64,000 nucleotides of DNA from Armatimonadota bacterium (GCA_018268375.1 JAFDWS010000005.1:89474-153473), one strand, 5' to 3'. Shown: positions 8,779 to 21,147, counted from the stretch's first letter. The notes: a model not told the origin generated them from the sequence alone. Made by a program: numbers and translations.

Positions 8779-9789
8779 TCACACGCCATTCTTGGCGATG
8801 AAATCGACAATATCGGCGATGCGACAGGCATAGCCCCACTCGTTGTCGTACCAGGCGACCACCTTGCACATGTCCTCGATGACGATCGTATCGACCGCGC
8901 TAAAGATGGAGCTGTTCTGGTTGCCCTTCAGGTCACTGCTCACGAGTTCCTCCTCTGTGTAGGCAAGAATTCCCTTCATCTTGCCCTCCGCATAGCCCTT
9001 CATGGCCGCGTTGATCTCCTCAGTACTGACGGACTTGGTGAGCTGGGCCGTGAAGTCGACCACGCTGACTGTGGGGGTGGGGACCCTGAAGGCCATGCCC
9101 GTGAATTTGCCTTTGAGGTCGGGGATGACAAGGCCCACGGCCTTCGCTGCACCGGTGCTGCTCGGCACCACGTTCTCGGCCGCAGCACGGCTGTCGCGGA
9201 TGTCCTTCCGGGCGGTATCAACCGTCGACTGACTGTTGGTGTAGGCGTGGACGGTGGTCAGGAGGCCCTTCACGATTCCAAACTTCTCATGGAGCACCTT
9301 GGCCACGGGGGCGAGACCGTTGGTCGTGCAGCTCGCGTTGCTGACCATGTGGTGCTTGGCTGGATCGTACATGTCGTCGTTGACGCCGAGAACGATCGTC
9401 ACGTCTTCGTTCTTCGCGGGGGCGCTGATCACGACCTTCTTGACCCCGTGGTTCATATGAGCCTTTGACAGGTTGGCGTCTGTAAAAAGCCCGGTGGACT
9501 CGATGACGAGGTCGACGCCTTGGGAATCCCATGGGATGGCCCCCGGATCCCGCTCTTTGAAGACTTTGATGTCATAACCGTCGACCTGGATCGAATCCTC
9601 ATCGTGCGAAACATTCCCCTGGAATGGGCCGTACACCGTGTCCCAGCGGAACAAATGGGCGTTTGTGGACACGTCGGTCAGGTCATTCAGCGCAACGACC
9701 TCGATGTCGCTTCTGTGGCGCTGGATGATTGTTCGAAGGGAAAGGCGTCCGATGCGTCCAAATCCGTTGATGCCGACTCTGATGGCCAT
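8779..9789 (-). CDS. gap: type I glyceraldehyde-3-phosphate dehydrogenase
   Basis: NAD-binding motif INGFGRIGR at the N-terminus, active-site SNASCTTN, full length 336 aa. Confidence 0.97.
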   Translation of the reverse strand: MAIRVGINGFGRIGRLSLRTIIQRHRSDIEVVALNDLTDVSTNAHLFRWDTVYGPFQGNVSHDEDSIQVDGYDIKVFKERDPGAIPWDSQGVDLVIESTGLFTDANLSKAHMNHGVKKVVISAPAKNEDVTIVLGVNDDMYDPAKHHMVSNASCTTNGLAPVAKVLHEKFGIVKGLLTTVHAYTNSQSTVDTARKDIRDSRAAAENVVPSSTGAAKAVGLVIPDLKGKFTGMAFRVPTPTVSVVDFTAQLTKSVSTEEINAAMKGYAEGKMKGILAYTEEELVSSDLKGNQNSSIFSAVDTIVIEDMCKVVAWYDNEWGYACRIADIVDFIAKNGV

Positions 9790-9864
9790 GGTTGGAGTGA
9801 GTTTACCGGTCCCTCCCGAGGAGGTCCAGGAAGGGAACGACCGTGGCTCCCGTATACTCGAAAC

Positions 9865-10926
9865 GTGCTGTTTTCGCTTCTGCTCGCCTTGGCCGCTCCG
9901 TCACTTGCGGAACAACCTCCGACCTTGCGCGTCTTCGCAGCCGCCTCGCTGAAGGAGTCGTTCACGGCGATCGCTAGGAAGTATGAACAGGAGAAGGGTG
10001 TCAAGATCTCTCTCAACTTCGCGGGGTCTCAGCAGTTGGCCGCGCAAATTCAAGCGTCGGCACCGGCCGACGTCTTCGCAAGCGCATCGGACACGAATCT
10101 GGAAACAACCTCCTTTGACCGTGCGAGCCGACGGGTTTTTGCCCTCAACCGCCTCGCCGTGGTGACTCCGAGGTCGGGTGGGATCGCAAATTTGAAGGCG
10201 CTCGCATCGGTAAGACGGATCGTCCTTGCCGCGCCCGCCGTTCCCGCTGGCAAGTACGCAAGGGCCATGCTCGACTTGGCCGCCCAGTCCTACAGTTCCG
10301 CTTGGAGGGCGTCAGTCTCGCGGCACGTCGTCAGCGAGGAGCAGGACGTCCGTGCCGTTCTGGCCAAGGTCGTCTTGGGAGAAGCCGATGCGGGCATCGT
10401 CTATCAGACCGACGCCCGCTCAGCCGGTTTGAAGGTGGACACAGTGGCGATTCCCAACGAGTTCAATATCGTCGCCAGGTACCCCGTGGCCGTAATGGCG
10501 GGTTCTACGGACAAGAAGGAGGCGAAGCACTTTGTTAAGTATCTCCTCGATCCGGGCTCTCAAGCGATCCTAAGTGGCACCGGCTTCGTCTCGCCACTCG
10601 CACCAGTTTCGAGCGTGCAAATTGGGACAAGGAGAGTGGCTTGGAAACAAGTTGTTTCGAAGCCGGCCGTTCAAGTCACCGCGGTCGACGAGGACGGCAA
10701 GACGAGAGCGTTCAGGGGCGTGCCATTAGTGAAACTGCTTCCTGCCGGTGTCAGGTTAGCCCGCGTCTGGGCTGCCGACGACTACTCCGTGGAACTGACG
10801 CGTGCCTCCGGCACGTTGCAAAGGGCTGTTGTCGTGGCCCAAGGTGGCGGCAACTATCGCCTGGTCGTGCCCGGCTCCAAGCCCGACACCTGGATCATGT
10901 GGATTCGGAGGATCGAATCTTCTTGA
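9865..10926 (+). CDS. modA: molybdate ABC transporter substrate-binding protein with ~108-aa C-terminal extension
   Basis: ORF 9520..10926. The only plausible start after gap is GTG 9865 (signal VLFSLLLALAAPSLA). ModA-like core: LRVFAAASLKESF...NFAGSQQLAAQI...ADVFASA...GEADAGIVYQTDA. There is extra sequence after residue ~245. Confidence 0.88.
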   Translation: MLFSLLLALAAPSLAEQPPTLRVFAAASLKESFTAIARKYEQEKGVKISLNFAGSQQLAAQIQASAPADVFASASDTNLETTSFDRASRRVFALNRLAVVTPRSGGIANLKALASVRRIVLAAPAVPAGKYARAMLDLAAQSYSSAWRASVSRHVVSEEQDVRAVLAKVVLGEADAGIVYQTDARSAGLKVDTVAIPNEFNIVARYPVAVMAGSTDKKEAKHFVKYLLDPGSQAILSGTGFVSPLAPVSSVQIGTRRVAWKQVVSKPAVQVTAVDEDGKTRAFRGVPLVKLLPAGVRLARVWAADDYSVELTRASGTLQRAVVVAQGGGNYRLVVPGSKPDTWIMWIRRIESS

Positions 10927-11705
10927 GGCGCTCGGGCGGGCTTTGGGCCGCCCTTGCCGCGTCGCCCTTAGTGGTTCTCATCGTTCTGCCCGTTGTCGCG
11001 CTGGTCATCCGCGGCTCGACAGAAGCGCTTGGCCATGCGGTGCGGTCGGCAGAAACCTGGGAGGCGGTTGGTGTCAGCCTCAAGACCTCGTTCTTCAGCC
11101 TGCTCGCGATCCTGGCATTCGGTACTCCCCTCGGCGTGCTTCTCGGGCGTGGACGGTTTTGGGGAAGGGAGGCTCTCCGGGCTCTCGTCTCGATGCCTGC
11201 CGTGCTTCCTCCGGCCGCCGCAGGCATCGGCATGTTGGTGGCGTTCGGCCGTCGAGGGGTCGCCGGGCCGCTTCTTGAGTCTGTAGGCGTAACCTTGGCC
11301 TTCACACAAGCCGCCGTAGTCATGGCCCAAACGTTCGTCGCGTCTCCCTTTCATGTCCTACAAGTGAGCAGTGCCTTCGCAGACCTTGATCCGGCGACAG
11401 AGGAGAGCGCCATGCTCGACGGGGCGACGCCCGCCGTCGCGTTCTGGAGGGTCGCCCTTCCTCAAGTCCGCGGTGCCATGTTCTCGGGCGGCACCTTGGC
11501 TTGGGCTCGAGCACTTGGCGAGTTCGGTGCGACCATCCTTTTCGCCGGGAGTTTGGCGGGAGTGACGAGGACCATGCCGCTTGCCATCTACCTGGGTTTT
11601 GAGACCGACCTCGACGTCTCGATCGCCCTCTCCTGCATCCTGATGGTGCTGGCACTGGTTGCGGTCGGACTCAGCCGCTTGTTCTTTGGCAAGATGACCC
11701 GTTAG
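10923..11705 (+). CDS. modB: molybdate ABC transporter permease
   Basis: ORF 10641..11705. TTG 10923 overlaps the modA stop (TTGA) and is preceded by GGAGGA. Multiple TM segments and the EAA-type loop ESAMLDGATPAVAFWRVALP typical of ModB/CysTW permeases. Confidence 0.88.
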   Translation: MRRSGGLWAALAASPLVVLIVLPVVALVIRGSTEALGHAVRSAETWEAVGVSLKTSFFSLLAILAFGTPLGVLLGRGRFWGREALRALVSMPAVLPPAAAGIGMLVAFGRRGVAGPLLESVGVTLAFTQAAVVMAQTFVASPFHVLQVSSAFADLDPATEESAMLDGATPAVAFWRVALPQVRGAMFSGGTLAWARALGEFGATILFAGSLAGVTRTMPLAIYLGFETDLDVSIALSCILMVLALVAVGLSRLFFGKMTR

Positions 11706-11782
11706 GACTTCCTAAAGTATCGGTAAGCTAGAGATTGCCTGCCGTTCTTCAGCGGCGACCTCCTTCAACGGAGGGATGTTTT

Positions 11783-13702
11783 ATGAAACTAGCACGCGTT
11801 CCTCTGACACTTGTCAGCCTGGGAGCCTTGTTACAGGCAGCTCCAGCGCAGACCCTCACGAAAATCGCACCGTACCCATCAAACTGGGGACTCTGGTCAG
11901 CGACCTTCTTGACCCCGACAAAGGGGTTTGCGGCCGGCGATATGAAGGGCCTGTTCAGGACAGACGATGCTGGCCTGACCTGGACAAAGATCGCCTTGCC
12001 TGGCGATCCCAGCGCGCCGGTCTACAACGTCACCTTCATCAACGCTAGCATCGGCATTGCTTGCGGCAACTCTGCCCAGGGCTCTCAGGACATCTATCGC
12101 ACGACCGACGGTGGCGCGTCTTGGAGCCTGGTGCCGAACTTTCCGCTAGGTGGTTCTTGGTATCACCAGGACTACGTCAGCCAATCGGTTGGGTTCATGG
12201 GCTCGAACGGGGCTCTTGTCCGTACGATGGACTCGGGCCAGTCCTGGCCCCTTCGCTCTGCCTATCCGACCTGCCCGGTGATCTACGGCATGGACTTCCT
12301 TGACGCGAACAACGGCTTCGTAGCTGGCTATCAGGTGTCCTCGAACACGGGCGGAGTCTTCAAGACGACCGACGGCGGGGCAAATTGGACGCTCGTGTTC
12401 TCTGGGTCGTGCAACGATGTTGTGAGCCCGGCTCCCGGCGTCCTCGTGGCGGACAGTGGGACGCTCATCTATCGATCGACAAACGGGGGAGTCGACTGGT
12501 CACTTGCTTCTGCGAGCGTCTTCACCGGGCTTATGGACATGGATGTCGTTGATTCGAACGTCCTGGTGGGCGTTTCGGCTGGGGGAGACATTTGGCGCAG
12601 TCCTGACCGGGGCTCGACCTGGGCAAGGATGCGGATCGGCGAGGGCGATCTGCCCGGTAACTGGTCGGTGGATTTTCGGGACGCGCTTCACGGTGTGGTC
12701 GCTGGAGTCCAAAATCTGCTCTATGAAACCCGTGATGGGGGCATGACATGGACGCGATTGAACCGCGGCATGAGCATAGCGCAGTGGTACGGGATCGCCG
12801 CCTTTTCCGACTCCCGCGTGGCCCTGGTCGGGCACCACGGCTATGTCCAGCACACGACTGATGCGGGAAGGCACTGGGAAGTCAAACTGCTCGACCCACC
12901 GACTTTTGGACGCGACACTGCCTACTCGGCAGTTTCTGCAGTCGGCTCTTCGTTCGCTTTCGCTGTCGGGCATTGGGGCGGGATGGCAAGGACTGTTGAC
13001 GCGGGGGCTTCTTGGACTCTGATGAATGGCACGGTCAGTTCCGATTACTATGCCAACGACGTCAAGTTTACGGACCGATCGAACGGCTGGATGGTCGGGT
13101 TCGATTATTCTGCCGTCAAGAAGTACACGCAACGAACCCGTAACGGAGGGGCCAGCTGGGAGGTGGTTTCCGGCGCTAACGTTCCGGGCGTTGCCGTAGA
13201 CGTTCGAGGATCTAGAGTCTGGGTGCAGACGAGCGGGGCGCCGCATTGGAGGTCAACCGATGGCGGGAACACCTTCACGATGTTCTCCTTGGCGCTTAAC
13301 GAGGGCTCCAGCCCTTCCGTGATGGACATGGAGTTCGCTTCGGACACACTTGGCTATGTCTGCGGATTCGATGGCTATCTGGCCCGCACCCTCGATGGAG
13401 GGGCAACGTGGACGCAACTGGGCCGCCAAGCTGTAGGGAAGACGTTCATTGGCTTGACCGCGGTGGCCGACGAACTGTGGGTCTGCGGTGCCTCACAAGG
13501 AGGCGGTAACGCGTTTGTGCAACGTTCGCTCGACAAGGGCACGACCTGGCAGGTCTGGCCACTCGCTGGGCAGTACACGGCCCCGAGCAAGCTCGTCCGG
13601 GTCGGTACAAAGCTCTACATCACCGGATACATGGGTGAGACGTGGTGCATCTCAGGCCTGAAGAAGCTTCCCCTTGTTTCACCCATACGGGCAACTCCTT
13701 GA
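11783..13702 (+). CDS. secreted BNR/Ycf48-like repeat (double beta-propeller) protein
   Basis: ATG 11783 after GGAGGGA. Signal MKLARVPLTLVSLGALLQAAPAQ. Repeated motifs of the form T.DGG.SW / T.D.G.TW (RTDDAGLTWTKI, TTDGGASWSLV, TMDSGQSWPL, TTDGGANWTLV, STNGGVDWSL, SPDRGSTWARM and others). Confidence 0.8.
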   Translation: MKLARVPLTLVSLGALLQAAPAQTLTKIAPYPSNWGLWSATFLTPTKGFAAGDMKGLFRTDDAGLTWTKIALPGDPSAPVYNVTFINASIGIACGNSAQGSQDIYRTTDGGASWSLVPNFPLGGSWYHQDYVSQSVGFMGSNGALVRTMDSGQSWPLRSAYPTCPVIYGMDFLDANNGFVAGYQVSSNTGGVFKTTDGGANWTLVFSGSCNDVVSPAPGVLVADSGTLIYRSTNGGVDWSLASASVFTGLMDMDVVDSNVLVGVSAGGDIWRSPDRGSTWARMRIGEGDLPGNWSVDFRDALHGVVAGVQNLLYETRDGGMTWTRLNRGMSIAQWYGIAAFSDSRVALVGHHGYVQHTTDAGRHWEVKLLDPPTFGRDTAYSAVSAVGSSFAFAVGHWGGMARTVDAGASWTLMNGTVSSDYYANDVKFTDRSNGWMVGFDYSAVKKYTQRTRNGGASWEVVSGANVPGVAVDVRGSRVWVQTSGAPHWRSTDGGNTFTMFSLALNEGSSPSVMDMEFASDTLGYVCGFDGYLARTLDGGATWTQLGRQAVGKTFIGLTAVADELWVCGASQGGGNAFVQRSLDKGTTWQVWPLAGQYTAPSKLVRVGTKLYITGYMGETWCISGLKKLPLVSPIRATP

Positions 13703-13715
13703 GGCGCGCATAGAA

Positions 13716-13748
13716 AGACGCCCTCGACCCAGAAGGGCGAGGGCGTCT
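13716..13748. terminator. hairpin between convergent genes (possible terminator)
   Basis: AGACGCCCTCG (13716-13726) pairs with CGAGGGCGTCT (13738-13748). There is no strong T-tract on either side. Confidence 0.45.
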
Positions 13749-13770
13749 ATTCGACAGAGGGGCTTTCGGA

Positions 13771-14166
13771 TTATCGCTTAACGAACTGGAAGCCGCGGCG
13801 AGCTTTCTTGCGGCCGTACTTCTTGCGCTCTTTGACCCGGGCGTCCCGCGTCATGAACCCGCCGGCCCTCAAGCCGCTGCGCAGGCTTTCGTCCAAATTG
13901 ACCAGCGCCCGGGAGATGCCGAGTCGAACGGCACCGGCTTGGCCCGTCGTGCCGCCACCCTTGACCCTGGCGACGACGTCGTAGCGACCGTCGATTCCCA
14001 GCTGCTCGAACGGTGACTTGACCAAGATCTCGAGGACTGGTCGACAAAGATATTCCTTGAAGTCACGATCGTTGATCGTGATGTTGCCTTCGCCTGGCTT
14101 GATCCAGACTCGCGCGATGGCGCACTTTCGGCGCCCGGTTCCGTAGCTAATCGCTCCTTTTGCCAT
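13771..14166 (-). CDS. rpsI: 30S ribosomal protein S9
   Basis: 131 aa, ending in GRKKARRGFQFVKR as is typical of S9. Directly follows rplM. Confidence 0.97.
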   Translation of the reverse strand: MAKGAISYGTGRRKCAIARVWIKPGEGNITINDRDFKEYLCRPVLEILVKSPFEQLGIDGRYDVVARVKGGGTTGQAGAVRLGISRALVNLDESLRSGLRAGGFMTRDARVKERKKYGRKKARRGFQFVKR

Positions 14167-14167
14167 G

Positions 14168-14605
14168 TCAGTTCTTTCCGATCGTCAGGGGCTGGGGGTT
14201 CTGGGCCGCGTGTGGGTGCTCAGGGCCTGCGTAGACCTTGAGTTTCTTGTACGTCGCGTGCCCGAGCTTGGTCTTTGGCAACATTCCCCAAATGACCTTC
14301 TCGACCAGCTTCACTGAATCCTTCTCCAATAAATCCGCGCGGCTCACGTTCTTCAATCCGCCGGGCCAACCCGAGTGCCAGTGGATGAGGTCGTCGCCCT
14401 TCCGCCCGGTCATCACCACTTTGTCGGCGTTCACAACGACGACAAAGTCACCACAGTCCATGTTGTAGGTGAAGGTCGGCTTGTGCTTGCCTCGGAGGAT
14501 TTGTGCCACCTGGCCCGCGAGCCTCCCGATGGGCACTCCCGCAGCGTCGACCACGAACCATTTCTGGTCGATCTCGTCCGGTTTCGCCGTATACGTCCTA
14601 TTCAT
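14168..14605 (-). CDS. rplM: 50S ribosomal protein L13
   Basis: ORF 14168..14689. Conserved L13 start [21 protein letters not shown] at ATG 14605. Confidence 0.95.
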   Translation of the reverse strand: MNRTYTAKPDEIDQKWFVVDAAGVPIGRLAGQVAQILRGKHKPTFTYNMDCGDFVVVVNADKVVMTGRKGDDLIHWHSGWPGGLKNVSRADLLEKDSVKLVEKVIWGMLPKTKLGHATYKKLKVYAGPEHPHAAQNPQPLTIGKN

Positions 14606-14725
14606 GGCTGGTCCTAAACTGAAGCGGGGTTCGCGCGGCCAAAGACGCCACGACGCAGAACTTGCCGCGTGGAACGCATAAGATACCATACTGGCACCCC
14701 GGGCCAGGGTCCTTCCAGGTACGAA

Positions 14726-16957
<2,232 letters not shown>

Positions 16958-16988
16958 GGGCCCATTGTATCTATGCTGGGGTCGATGA

Positions 16989-17765
16989 TCAATAGCGGAC
17001 TTTCATCAAACAGAGTCCGTTCGCGGGCAGGACAGTCGGCCAGTGGGCTTTGCCTTTCTGCGTTTGCGCGAGGAGGACTTCAAGGGTCGCTGGGTCTTGC
17101 ATGCCCCTTCCTATCTCCCATAGGGCGCCGCTGATCCGTCGCATCATGCCGCGCGCGTAAGCAGTGGCCACGACATCGATCCACACTTCGTCCCGAACTT
17201 GTCGGACGTTGAGCGAGAACACCTTCCGGACCGTGTTCTCTTCTTCCTCAACCAATTGGGTGAATGCAAAGAAATCGTGCTCGCCGACCAATGTTTGAGC
17301 CGCATCGTGCATGAGCGCGACATCGAGCGGCCGGCCATACCAGTGGGTGAACCGAGCGCGGAGTGCATCCCTCTTTCCCGTGAGGATCCGATAGCGGTAA
17401 TGCCGATCTTGAGCCGAAAAGCGTGAATGGAACTCTGAGTTGACGAACTGGCAGCTCTTGACAGAGAGGTCAGGCGGGAGAAGATCATTCAGGGCCCTCA
17501 CCCACTTGAGGGGCTTGATCGAGCGGGTCGAGTCAAAGTGACAGACCTGGCCACGGGCATGGGCGCCACTGTCGGTCCGGCTCGCGCCGAGGAGTTCGAC
17601 CTCCTCTCCGGAGACCTGAAGGATGGTCTCGGTCAGGGTGCCGTGGACGGTCCGGTGGCCCCGTTGAGGGGCCCAGCCGCAAAAGTCGGTGCCGTCGTAT
17701 GCGACGACGAGTTTGACTCGGCGTTTCTTAGTCTCGGACAAGCTCCAGCACGGCGGTGTCGGCAC
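16989..17765 (-). CDS. truA: tRNA pseudouridine(38-40) synthase
   Basis: VKLVVAYDGTDFCGWAPQ, GASRTDSGAHARGQ (catalytic Asp) and RYRYRI motifs. Start uncertain: GTG 17765 or TTG 17741, both overlapping the rplQ end. Confidence 0.92.
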   Translation of the reverse strand: MPTPPCWSLSETKKRRVKLVVAYDGTDFCGWAPQRGHRTVHGTLTETILQVSGEEVELLGASRTDSGAHARGQVCHFDSTRSIKPLKWVRALNDLLPPDLSVKSCQFVNSEFHSRFSAQDRHYRYRILTGKRDALRARFTHWYGRPLDVALMHDAAQTLVGEHDFFAFTQLVEEEENTVRKVFSLNVRQVRDEVWIDVVATAYARGMMRRISGALWEIGRGMQDPATLEVLLAQTQKGKAHWPTVLPANGLCLMKVRY

Positions 17766-18180
17766 CGTCGCCCCGGCGCGTGCCGGTGCGCGTCAGCCGG
17801 GTGTAACCGCCCTTTCGGTCTTTGTACATCGGGGCGACGTTCTTAAAGAGATGGTTGACAAGATCCTCGCCGTTGATAAGGCTCCTTTCCTGAAGGATTT
17901 GCATCTTCTCGGCGTCAGTCTTGCCGGCGAGCGCCTTGGCCGGCATGGAACTGGAGCGGCTGTGTCCGACAAGCACCTTGCGAGCCTCGCGGCGGGCGGC
18001 GACGGTGTCGTCCTTTGCCGTCGTGATCAGCTTCTCGACCAAGCGGCGCAGGTCTTTTGCCCGGCCAAGGGTCGTGTTCACATACCCTGCGCGGATGAAC
18101 TGGCGCACCAGATTGGTGAGCAGGGCCTTCCGCTGGTCGCTGGGTAGGCCGAGTTTTCGTCGATCGATCTTGTGCGTCAT
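17728..18180 (-). CDS. rplQ: 50S ribosomal protein L17
   Basis: MTHKIDRRKLGLPSDQRKALLTNLVRQFI....TTLGRAKDLRRLVEKLIT matches L17. Follows rpoA. Confidence 0.95.
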   Translation of the reverse strand: MTHKIDRRKLGLPSDQRKALLTNLVRQFIRAGYVNTTLGRAKDLRRLVEKLITTAKDDTVAARREARKVLVGHSRSSSMPAKALAGKTDAEKMQILQERSLINGEDLVNHLFKNVAPMYKDRKGGYTRLTRTGTRRGDGADTAVLELVRD

Positions 18181-18189
18181 GTTCTTTCC

Positions 18190-19176
18190 TTAGAAGTCGT
18201 CGTCGTCGTCCAGAAGGTCGAGACTGATGTAGCCGCCCTTCGCGGCCTTGAGCTCGATGCCGTGCTCCGCGAGCTTGTCGCGAACCTCCATCAGCGACTT
18301 CTTGCCGAAGCCTCGAATGGATGTGAGGTCGGCTTCGTTCACCGTCGCCAGTTGGCGCAGGTTCATGATGCCTGCCCGGCGAAGGCAGTTGAAGGTGCGC
18401 TGGCTGAAGTCCATTTCCTCGACTTTAATATCGGGAACGTTGGCCAGTTCAGGCGCCAGGAGCTCTTCGCCCTCGACGCCAAGGTCGATCCCGGCCTTGC
18501 CGAGCTCGAAGAACATCTTGAAGTATTTGTCCAGGATGTGGGCAGCTTGGGTCACCGCATCATTGGGCGGGACGGCGCCGTTCGTCCAAACGTCGATCAC
18601 CAGGCGCTCATAGTCTGTGCGCTGGCCGACGCGGGTGGCCTCGACGATGTAGTTGACTTTCTTGACCGGTGTGAACTGGCTACCGGTGGGGATGATGCCG
18701 ATCACGCCGCGATACTTCTCTTGCCGCTCAGGCAAGACATAGCCGCTGCCCCAGCCGACATAAAGTTCGGCGGTCAGCGAAGCTTTATTGTCGCTGATAG
18801 TGGCGAGGTAGCACTCCGGGTTCATCACGCTCAGGCCCTCGGGGCACTGCACGTCGGCACCGGTGACCCGGCCCGGGCCCTTCACGTCGAGCCTCAGCAC
18901 GGCCTCTTCCGGTGGAACTCCGTCGAACTCCCAACGGACGGCGAGGTCCTTGAGGTTGAGGAGCAGTTCCGTCGTGTCTTCCTTCACGCCGGGAATCGGC
19001 GCGAACTCGTGGAAGACCTTGTCGACCTTGACCGCGCAGACAGCCGCGCCTTGGATGCTGCTCAAGAGCACCCGGCGGAGGGCGTTGCCGATCGTCTGTC
19101 CATAGCCGCGCTCCAGCGGCTCCAGGACGAACTTAGCGTACTCGTTGCTCGATTCTAGGGTCTGGATATGGGGCAT
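18190..19176 (-). CDS. rpoA: DNA-directed RNA polymerase subunit alpha
   Basis: 328 aa. N-terminal domain FVLEPLERGYGQTIGNALRRVLLSSI and C-terminal domain FSQRTFNCLRRAGIMNLRQL. Confidence 0.98.
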   Translation of the reverse strand: MPHIQTLESSNEYAKFVLEPLERGYGQTIGNALRRVLLSSIQGAAVCAVKVDKVFHEFAPIPGVKEDTTELLLNLKDLAVRWEFDGVPPEEAVLRLDVKGPGRVTGADVQCPEGLSVMNPECYLATISDNKASLTAELYVGWGSGYVLPERQEKYRGVIGIIPTGSQFTPVKKVNYIVEATRVGQRTDYERLVIDVWTNGAVPPNDAVTQAAHILDKYFKMFFELGKAGIDLGVEGEELLAPELANVPDIKVEEMDFSQRTFNCLRRAGIMNLRQLATVNEADLTSIRGFGKKSLMEVRDKLAEHGIELKAAKGGYISLDLLDDDDDF

Positions 19177-19180
19177 TGCG

Positions 19181-19573
19181 TTACTTGCGCGGCCTCTTCG
19201 GCGGCCGACAACCGTTGTGGGGAACCTTCGTGACGTCGCGGATGGAGGAGACTTGGAGGCCGGTGGCGTTCAGCGACCGGATCGCCGTCTCTCGTCCACC
19301 ACCGGGACCGGAGACGAACACGTCGACAGTCTCCATGCCATGGTCAAGTGCCTTCTGGGCGGCCCGCTCCGCGCTCAACTGCGCGGCAAACGGGGTGCCT
19401 TTGCGGCTGCCCTTGAATCCGACGTTGCCGCTGCTGCCCCAGCAAAGGGTGTTGCCCTGCGGGTCAGTGATCGTGACAATCGTATTGTTGAAGGAAGAGT
19501 GGATGTAGGCATGGCCGTGAGCGACTTGCCTCTTGTCCTTCTGCTTGCCTCGAGAGGTCGGTTTACGTGCCAT
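19181..19573 (-). CDS. rpsK: 30S ribosomal protein S11
   Basis: 130 aa. [19 protein letters not shown]...[14 protein letters not shown] is the S11 signature. Confidence 0.97.
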   Translation of the reverse strand: MARKPTSRGKQKDKRQVAHGHAYIHSSFNNTIVTITDPQGNTLCWGSSGNVGFKGSRKGTPFAAQLSAERAAQKALDHGMETVDVFVSGPGGGRETAIRSLNATGLQVSSIRDVTKVPHNGCRPPKRPRK

Positions 19574-19576
19574 GTC

Positions 19577-19954
19577 TTACTTCTTCGCCTTCTTCTTGCC
19601 AGCGACGGTCTTGGCCTTGCCCTTGCGGGTCCTGGCGTTGCTGCGCGTGCGTTGGCCTCGAGTCGGCAAGCCGCGGCGGTGGCGCAGTCCGCGGTAGCTT
19701 CCGATTTCGATCAAGCGGCGGATGTTCGAATAAATCTCTCGGCGCAGGTCGCCCTCGACGTCGTAGTCCTCGTCGATGACGTTGCGCAACTTGCCGACCT
19801 CTTCGTCGCTCAGGTCACGAATCTTCTTCCGGGGGTCGACCCCGGACTTCTCGACGATCTCGGCCGCCCGCTTTGGGCCGATGCCATAGATGGACTGGAT
19901 CCCGTAAAGAGCCCCTTTGTCCCTGGGTAGGTCTACACCTGCAATACGCGCCAT
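19577..19954 (-). CDS. rpsM: 30S ribosomal protein S13
   Basis: [13 protein letters not shown]...[17 protein letters not shown] is the S13 signature. Confidence 0.97.
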   Translation of the reverse strand: MARIAGVDLPRDKGALYGIQSIYGIGPKRAAEIVEKSGVDPRKKIRDLSDEEVGKLRNVIDEDYDVEGDLRREIYSNIRRLIEIGSYRGLRHRRGLPTRGQRTRSNARTRKGKAKTVAGKKKAKK

Positions 19955-19968
19955 AACTTTTCCTTACT

Positions 19969-20082
19969 TCAACCCTGCCGCTGCTTGTGCTTAGGGTTCT
20001 CGCAAATCACACGGACCACGCCCGAGCGCTTGATGATCTTGCACTTTTCACAAATTTTCTTAACACTGGCCCTGACTTTCAT
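19969..20082 (-). CDS. rpmJ: 50S ribosomal protein L36
   Basis: Below the ORF-track size cutoff. Manual translation gives [37 protein letters not shown], 37 aa with the zinc-ribbon Cys/His pattern of L36. Confidence 0.93.
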   Translation of the reverse strand: MKVRASVKKICEKCKIIKRSGVVRVICENPKHKQRQG

Positions 20083-20373
20083 CCGTGTGCTCCTGTCCCC
20101 TGCGATGAAGGGACTCGAATCTTTCGCCTAGCCCGATCCGTCATAGGTTCAAGGCAACGTGGCGTGTGCCGGGCACGAGCATGCCTGGCGCAAGAAGGAA
20201 TGATACCACGGGGAACCCCGGTCCCGCCGAACCTGCGGGACTCTGGCAGGGACAACAGCCACCTGCCAGTTGACCATGGCATCCTTCGGATTCAACCCCA
20301 GATATTTGTCACCGCCCGAAGACGCCTTTCGCGAACACGAAAGGGCCCTCAGCCGAATTCTCGTGACAGAGCG

Positions 20374-21147
20374 TCACTTGTTCGCCTGGTAATACCAGTC
20401 TTGGCAAGAGCTTCCCGCCGGGCAGCCGGGCTTCGCGATATCGCCCAAGTTCGCTTCGCGGAAGTCCTTTGCCTGGAATCCGTACCCAAAGTCTTGGGCC
20501 CTGATGGCGGGGGCAACGGTCTTGGCGTGGGTGTCGCACCAGACCACAGCCCCGACCCCGTTGTTCCTCCCGTGGAATCCGGGGTAGTCATAGGAAGGGG
20601 GATCGATAAGGGCGCTGCCTTCCAGGCGAGGGGCCGCGTACGCCCAGTTATTGATCCGAGCCGCGCTTGCGAAGGCGATGGTCTCGCTCGGCATGGAGAT
20701 TTGACCAGAATCGAGCGGGCGCGCGATTTCGTTGTAATTTGAATCGTAGTCGGTCGGGCTGAGATAGGCGTAGTTGTAAGCGTAACCCGTGAAGCCGAGC
20801 GAAGTCCTCAGACGGTCTTCGAACGCGGGATCGACCGCGATTTGGTGGTTCCGAGAATAGGGGAAGAGCAAGCCTTCCTCAGCCTTGAACGACGTTCCGT
20901 CCCACGATCCCCACCAATAGAAGGTCTTAGAGCCTCCCAGACTCCAAGCCCGCATGACCGTCTCGTCTGAATCGCCGTTGTAGAGCGTCCATGCGAGGGA
21001 GAGCTGCCTGACATTGCTCACCGACTGGGATGTGCGGGCCGCCATTTTCGCCCGGGCGAACACGGGGAAGAGGATTGCGGCCAAGATAGCGATGATCGCG
21101 ATGACGACGAGAAGCTCGATGAGCGTGAACGCGGTTTTGTTCTTCAT
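20374..21147 (-). CDS. prepilin-type N-terminal cleavage/methylation domain protein (DUF1559-like pseudopilin)
   Basis: [34 protein letters not shown] is a canonical class III signal. It is followed by the [13 protein letters not shown]...D.D segment typical of DUF1559-type proteins. Confidence 0.9.
   Translation of the reverse strand: MKNKTAFTLIELLVVIAIIAILAAILFPVFARAKMAARTSQSVSNVRQLSLAWTLYNGDSDETVMRAWSLGGSKTFYWWGSWDGTSFKAEEGLLFPYSRNHQIAVDPAFEDRLRTSLGFTGYAYNYAYLSPTDYDSNYNEIARPLDSGQISMPSETIAFASAARINNWAYAAPRLEGSALIDPPSYDYPGFHGRNNGVGAVVWCDTHAKTVAPAIRAQDFGYGFQAKDFREANLGDIAKPGCPAGSSCQDWYYQANK

Noticed and set aside
9790-9864. Possible Moco riboswitch upstream of modA (CCTCC-CGA-GGAGG hairpin)
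   Set aside because: Only about 75 nt are available between the divergent gap and modA, which is too short for the roughly 100-140-nt Moco motif. I cannot recognise its conserved core. An Infernal scan would settle it.
18172-19158. 328-aa plus-strand ORF exactly mirroring rpoA
   Set aside because: It is fully antisense to a certain gene and has a low-complexity Ala/Leu/Asp/Val/Arg-rich translation. This is the typical shadow ORF of a GC-rich genome.
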